Shown here piece after piece: positions 50,933 to 54,973 of a stretch of DNA of 54,973 nt. The notes beneath the pieces are model-generated. The model was not told the DNA's origin. It saw only the letters and a list, made by a program, of their open reading frames with translations, and searched no databases. The position numbers and the translations under genes were made by a program. Within the stretch, counting starts at the first letter, position 1. The number at the start of each line of letters is the position of its first letter. The DNA is taken from the NCBI GenBank assembly GCA_043754515.1, contig JAYUUO010000039.1, forward strand, positions 1 through 54,973, in the 5' to 3' direction. This stretch comes from Armatimonadota bacterium. Lineage in GTDB: Bacteria > Armatimonadota > Armatimonadia > Armatimonadales > Armatimonadaceae.

Positions 50933-53900
50933 TTGAAGAGTTTTCTGACGCCCGTCGCCGAACGCATCCGACCGGGAACACCGGGGCGCGACCTGCGCCT
51001 CACCGAAGCACTGTTGCTCCTGATCGCGGTCGGGGTCTTCCTTTGTGGCATTACGCTCGCCCTATTCACCAAGTTACCGGACGCTGCCTACCACGCCCAG
51101 ACGATCAACCCCAATTCCGCGTCCGCGCGTCAGTTCGCCACGCTGTTACAGGTTCCGCTACCTGTCTGCGAGGAGATCGTGGCGGCTCGTGTCAAATCAC
51201 CGTTTCCCGACGTTGACGCCCTGGCGCGGCTCCGGTCGAGGAAGGTCTCACTCGTACCCCACGCGAAATACCTCGCCGCGAAACCGCGCTTCACAATGCG
51301 GTCCGCTGACGCCGCCCGTAAATCCCTGCTGATCTGGTCGGGCGCGATAGTCGCCTTCTTTATCGGGGCGCATCTCGTGGTGCGCCGCGCCTATTCGCGC
51401 GCGGACCCGTTCCTGCTACCGATAGCAGCGTTCCTGTCGTTTCTTTCGATCCTGCTGTTGTTCGTGATCAAAGACCCTCTCCGTGACAAGTTGTCGTTCG
51501 TAAGTCAGGCGCAGGGGATCGTTTTCGGCGGCGTCATCGCCCTGTCCGTCACCCTGTCCCCACCGTGGGGCCGTGCCCCGCTCCACCGCTACGGCTATCT
51601 GTATGCGCTCGCGGCCTTCGCCGGATGCCTAATACTCGGACTCGCCGGTTCAGGCCCGGGCGGCGTCCGGCTCTCCGTCGCGGGCGTGCAACCCGTCGAG
51701 GGAATCAAGGTACTTCTCGTATTCTTCCTCGCGGCGTACCTTGCCGAACGCGCCGCCCTTCTTGACGATCCGCTCCGCAAATGGGGACCGTTCCCCGTGC
51801 CCCGTGCCAAAGACGCGTTGCCGCTACTCGTGATGTACGCCCTGCCGCTGGCTCTTTTCGGGATCGTGAAAGACCTGGGTCCCGCGCTCCTCCTTTTCGG
51901 CGTTTTCATCGTGATGCTGTATCTGGCGACCGGGCGCGGCGTTTATGTATGGGTCGGCCTCGCTGTGCTGCTTCTCGGCGGGTATGTCGGCTATCGCATC
52001 CACTTCGGCGTGTTCGCGACGCGGCTCGATATGTGGGCGCATCCATGGGACAACACGCACCCGCTCGGCGACCAGCTCGCACGCGGCTTGTGGGGGATCG
52101 CATCTGGCGGGCCGCTCGGTTCGGGCCTGGGACTCGGCGGCACGGGGTACATACCCCGAGGCGGCTCCGACCTCGCCCTCGCTTCTATCGGCGAGGACAT
52201 GGGCCTGGCAGGGACGGGCGCGGTTCTGCTCTGCGCGCTAGTGGTTGTCGCGCGGGGCTTCCTGATAGCGCGGCAGACGACGACCGATTTCGAGCGGTTT
52301 CTGGCGGCGGGGTTGTCCTGCCTGTTCGGGCTACAGGTGCTTCTGATCGTGTCCGGGACACTGGGGCTACTGCCTCTTTCCGGCGTCACGCTCCCCTTCA
52401 TCTCCTTCGGCAAATCGTCTCTTGTCGCCTCGCTGTTCATGGTCGGCGTGCTACTTCGGATCTCCGCGCGGGTTCCCGCTGTTAGCACGGCTCTGGTCGC
52501 GCCCCCCCGCCCGTGGGAACGATCGGCGCGGCGCGTCGGCCTGTTCTTCTTCGCGACGCTGGGCATCCTCTGCGTCGCGCGCCTCGTCTACGTGCATATT
52601 CTCGCCGCCGATCAGTTCGCCGCGCACACGGTCTCGGTGCCCGACCGGGACGGCGTGAAGCGGGCGCACCGCAATTCCCGGCTACTCGCGCTGGCGTCCG
52701 CGATCCGGCGCGGGCGCATCGTGGACCGGGCGGGCGTAGTGCTGGCGACAACCCGCGCCGACGGCGTACGCACCTACCCCCTCGGGGCCGCTACGGGGCA
52801 TATTATCGGCTACCTATCCCCCGCGGTGGGCGGGCCGACCGGGATGGAACGCCGGTTCGACGAGCGACTACGCGGCTACAAGGATTATGCGTCCCTCCTT
52901 CCCTACTGGCGGACGAAGGACGCTCCCGGTTTTCATCTGCCGCGCGGGGGTGATGTCACGCTCGCCCTGGACGCAGGGCTACAAACCGACGCGCTCACCG
53001 CGCTCCGCGAGGGGGTGGCACCGCTCCGTGATCGGCGTTCGGGCGCGAAGAAAGGGCGCGGGGCGGTTGTCGTGCTGGACGTCGCGACCGGGGGCGTGCT
53101 CGCGGCGGTGACTCTCCCCTCTTATGACCCAAATAACCTGACACCGAGAATGATGCGTGACTTGAATGTCAATCTGGACCATGACTACCCGCTGATCAAC
53201 CGCGCCGTCGCCGGGTACTATCCGCCCGGCTCGACCTTTAAGATAGTGACCGCCTCGACGCAGTTCGCCGCCGGTCTCGCCGACCTTTCGGTGAACTGCC
53301 CGCATATTGACACGAACGTGATCTGGACCGTGGGGAATCAGACGTACGCGCGGCGGCGGATAGTGGACGACGAAGGAGACCGCCCGCATGGACTGACGAA
53401 CCTGACGAACGCGGTCTCGGAGTCGTGCAACGTCTACTTCGCGCACGCCGGGATTAAACTGGGGCCGTCGGTGCTACGGGAACAGGCGGCGCGGTTCGGG
53501 TTCGCCAAACTGCCGTCGCTCGCGCGGGTCGGGGCCGCGCTACCGGAGACCGCGTTCGGCCAGGGCGCGATGGTGACGAGCCCCCTGGAGATGGCGGGCG
53601 TCGCGCAGACAGTGGCGAACAACGGACGGCGACTGGTTCCGCAATGGGAGAAGGGTGCCGCGCCGACGGTAGCGGACACGCCCCTGTCGCCGGGGGATGC
53701 CGCCCGCCTCGGCGAGATGATGCGCCGCGTCACGCGCACGGGGACGGCGGCGGGTCGGTTCGACGACCTTCCATTCGCGGTGGCGGGCAAAACCGGTACG
53801 GCACAGAACGACCGTTATGACCGTGTGGCGCACTCCTGGTTCATCGGATTCGCCCCCGCCGACAAACCGAGATACGCATTCGCGGTGCTGGTAGAGAATG

Positions 53901-53962
53901 GTGGCTACGGGGCACAAGTCGCGGTTCCCGTCGCGCGGCAAGTCTTAAAAAAACTTAAATAA
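50933..53962 (+). CDS. HhH + SEDS (RodA/FtsW) + class B PBP transpeptidase fusion
   Basis: INPNSAS..IVAAR..PF.DVDAL (HhH). SEDS motifs QPVE..K, KDLG, GGPLGSGLG, G.TLPFISFG.SSL. Transpeptidase motifs STFK, SCN, KTGT. Confidence 0.9.
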   Translation: MKSFLTPVAERIRPGTPGRDLRLTEALLLLIAVGVFLCGITLALFTKLPDAAYHAQTINPNSASARQFATLLQVPLPVCEEIVAARVKSPFPDVDALARLRSRKVSLVPHAKYLAAKPRFTMRSADAARKSLLIWSGAIVAFFIGAHLVVRRAYSRADPFLLPIAAFLSFLSILLLFVIKDPLRDKLSFVSQAQGIVFGGVIALSVTLSPPWGRAPLHRYGYLYALAAFAGCLILGLAGSGPGGVRLSVAGVQPVEGIKVLLVFFLAAYLAERAALLDDPLRKWGPFPVPRAKDALPLLVMYALPLALFGIVKDLGPALLLFGVFIVMLYLATGRGVYVWVGLAVLLLGGYVGYRIHFGVFATRLDMWAHPWDNTHPLGDQLARGLWGIASGGPLGSGLGLGGTGYIPRGGSDLALASIGEDMGLAGTGAVLLCALVVVARGFLIARQTTTDFERFLAAGLSCLFGLQVLLIVSGTLGLLPLSGVTLPFISFGKSSLVASLFMVGVLLRISARVPAVSTALVAPPRPWERSARRVGLFFFATLGILCVARLVYVHILAADQFAAHTVSVPDRDGVKRAHRNSRLLALASAIRRGRIVDRAGVVLATTRADGVRTYPLGAATGHIIGYLSPAVGGPTGMERRFDERLRGYKDYASLLPYWRTKDAPGFHLPRGGDVTLALDAGLQTDALTALREGVAPLRDRRSGAKKGRGAVVVLDVATGGVLAAVTLPSYDPNNLTPRMMRDLNVNLDHDYPLINRAVAGYYPPGSTFKIVTASTQFAAGLADLSVNCPHIDTNVIWTVGNQTYARRRIVDDEGDRPHGLTNLTNAVSESCNVYFAHAGIKLGPSVLREQAARFGFAKLPSLARVGAALPETAFGQGAMVTSPLEMAGVAQTVANNGRRLVPQWEKGAAPTVADTPLSPGDAARLGEMMRRVTRTGTAAGRFDDLPFAVAGKTGTAQNDRYDRVAHSWFIGFAPADKPRYAFAVLVENGGYGAQVAVPVARQVLKKLK

Positions 53963-54215
53963 TTTTTCAGAAACACCGTTACACTGGGGATATTGCTGGG
54001 TAGAATGGCGACTGCTACCCGATGAGCGATCAGCGGGTGGTTAAAAATGGCGGATAAGTTCGAGCGCGGGTCAGGCATAGTAGGTGCGGCCACACGCGCG
54101 ACGGATATGATGGGATGAACCGCTCAAAAGAACTCATCGTCACAACTTCGATGTCACCGGAGATTATCTCCTGTTTACCGCGGCTGACTCAGCCGCAAGG
54201 AAAGGTTTTTTAACC

Positions 54216-54899
54216 ATGCGTTTGTTAACTCTTAAACTGGCTGCTGCCGGTATCGCAATGATCGCTGTTTCGGGTACTGCGTTCGCGCAAGCCCCGCTTA
54301 CCATTGGAAGTGCCCCGGTCACCATTCCGGTAAACCCGGCTGCCGTACCCGCGCTCGGTGGCACACTCCTACTGTCTACGTCGTCTCCTATAACTGGTGC
54401 TATCAGCGGCACTCTAACATCAGCGGTCTTTCAAACAGGCGCAGCTGGTAGCACGCTCGACTTCTTCTACCAGTTTACGGCGAATAGCCCGAATGGTATC
54501 GCAGGTGGCGGTATCAACTCCTTCGCGGCGGTTACCACGTCCGTTGCGCAGTTGACCGGTGCTACCGGTGCTACATTTGTCGCTAGTGGCACCCAATACG
54601 GGACAGCAACGCGCCCCGCGTTCGCCAGCGGTATCGGTGTTAACTTTGACTTCGGCACGCAGGGGCTGAACAGTGGTAGTCAGACGTCCGCTACTTTCGT
54701 CATCCGTACGAACGCAGTAACGTTCTCCCAGACTGGTAGCTTTTCGCTCCAGGGTGCGGGCCAGGTGGGTTCTACCAGCACAACTGTTATCGCGCCGTTG
54801 TCAAGCATCGTACCGGTGCCGGAAGCGAACGCGGGTCTCCTGGCCTCGCTCGTGCTCCCGTTCCTCGGTGGCGTGGTGGTGTTGCGCCGCAAGAAGTAG
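54216..54899 (+). CDS. secreted protein with a PEP-CTERM-like sorting signal
   Basis: Signal peptide (AFA|Q), Ser/Thr/Gly-rich body, VPVPEA + TM + RRKK. Confidence 0.82.
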   Translation: MRLLTLKLAAAGIAMIAVSGTAFAQAPLTIGSAPVTIPVNPAAVPALGGTLLLSTSSPITGAISGTLTSAVFQTGAAGSTLDFFYQFTANSPNGIAGGGINSFAAVTTSVAQLTGATGATFVASGTQYGTATRPAFASGIGVNFDFGTQGLNSGSQTSATFVIRTNAVTFSQTGSFSLQGAGQVGSTSTTVIAPLSSIVPVPEANAGLLASLVLPFLGGVVVLRRKK

Positions 54900-54921
54900 C
54901 CAATCGCTACTAGCTCGGTAG

Positions 54922-54961
54922 ATAGCCGCCACGGGTATCCAACCCCGTGGCGGCTATTTTT
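54922..54961 (+). terminator. intrinsic terminator
   Basis: ATAGCCGCCACGGG / CCCGTGGCGGCTAT stem followed by a T-tract. Confidence 0.75.
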
Positions 54962-54973
54962 CTACCTGACAGT

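Overview
GC-rich bacterial chromosomal window. The envelope genes (TolC, PEP-CTERM-like protein, O-antigen-ligase/TPR protein, lipoproteins) point to a diderm, and Armatimonadota is my inference only. Most genes are housekeeping or carbohydrate-related: murG, metK with a SAM-I riboswitch, sodA, dusB, metY, an Hsp70, rhamnulokinase-family kinase, oppD/F, lexA, rex, fucI, xylA, acs, a fused E1 alpha/beta dehydrogenase, rpsF-ssb-rpsR with an S6:S18 leader, and a SEDS-PBP fusion. The standout is 11161-13616. A 340-nt non-coding array holds four diverged units that share one fold, supported by compensatory base changes and invariant CUAU and UUCCUUCUA motifs. The array lies directly upstream of a 696-aa helical-repeat (ROT/TROVE-like) plus TerD protein and is divergent from an 'ADP-ribosylation/crystallin J1'-type gene. 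This is a candidate Ro60/Y-RNA-like ribonucleoprotein system. Other notable items are two intact pseudoenzymes, a candidate N5-spaced SOS box, a shared direct-repeat operator at two distant promoters, an ECF sigma with a pseudo-receiver domain, a deletion scar in an HNH module, and several broken genes. All calls come from reading the sequence by eye, and no database search was run.
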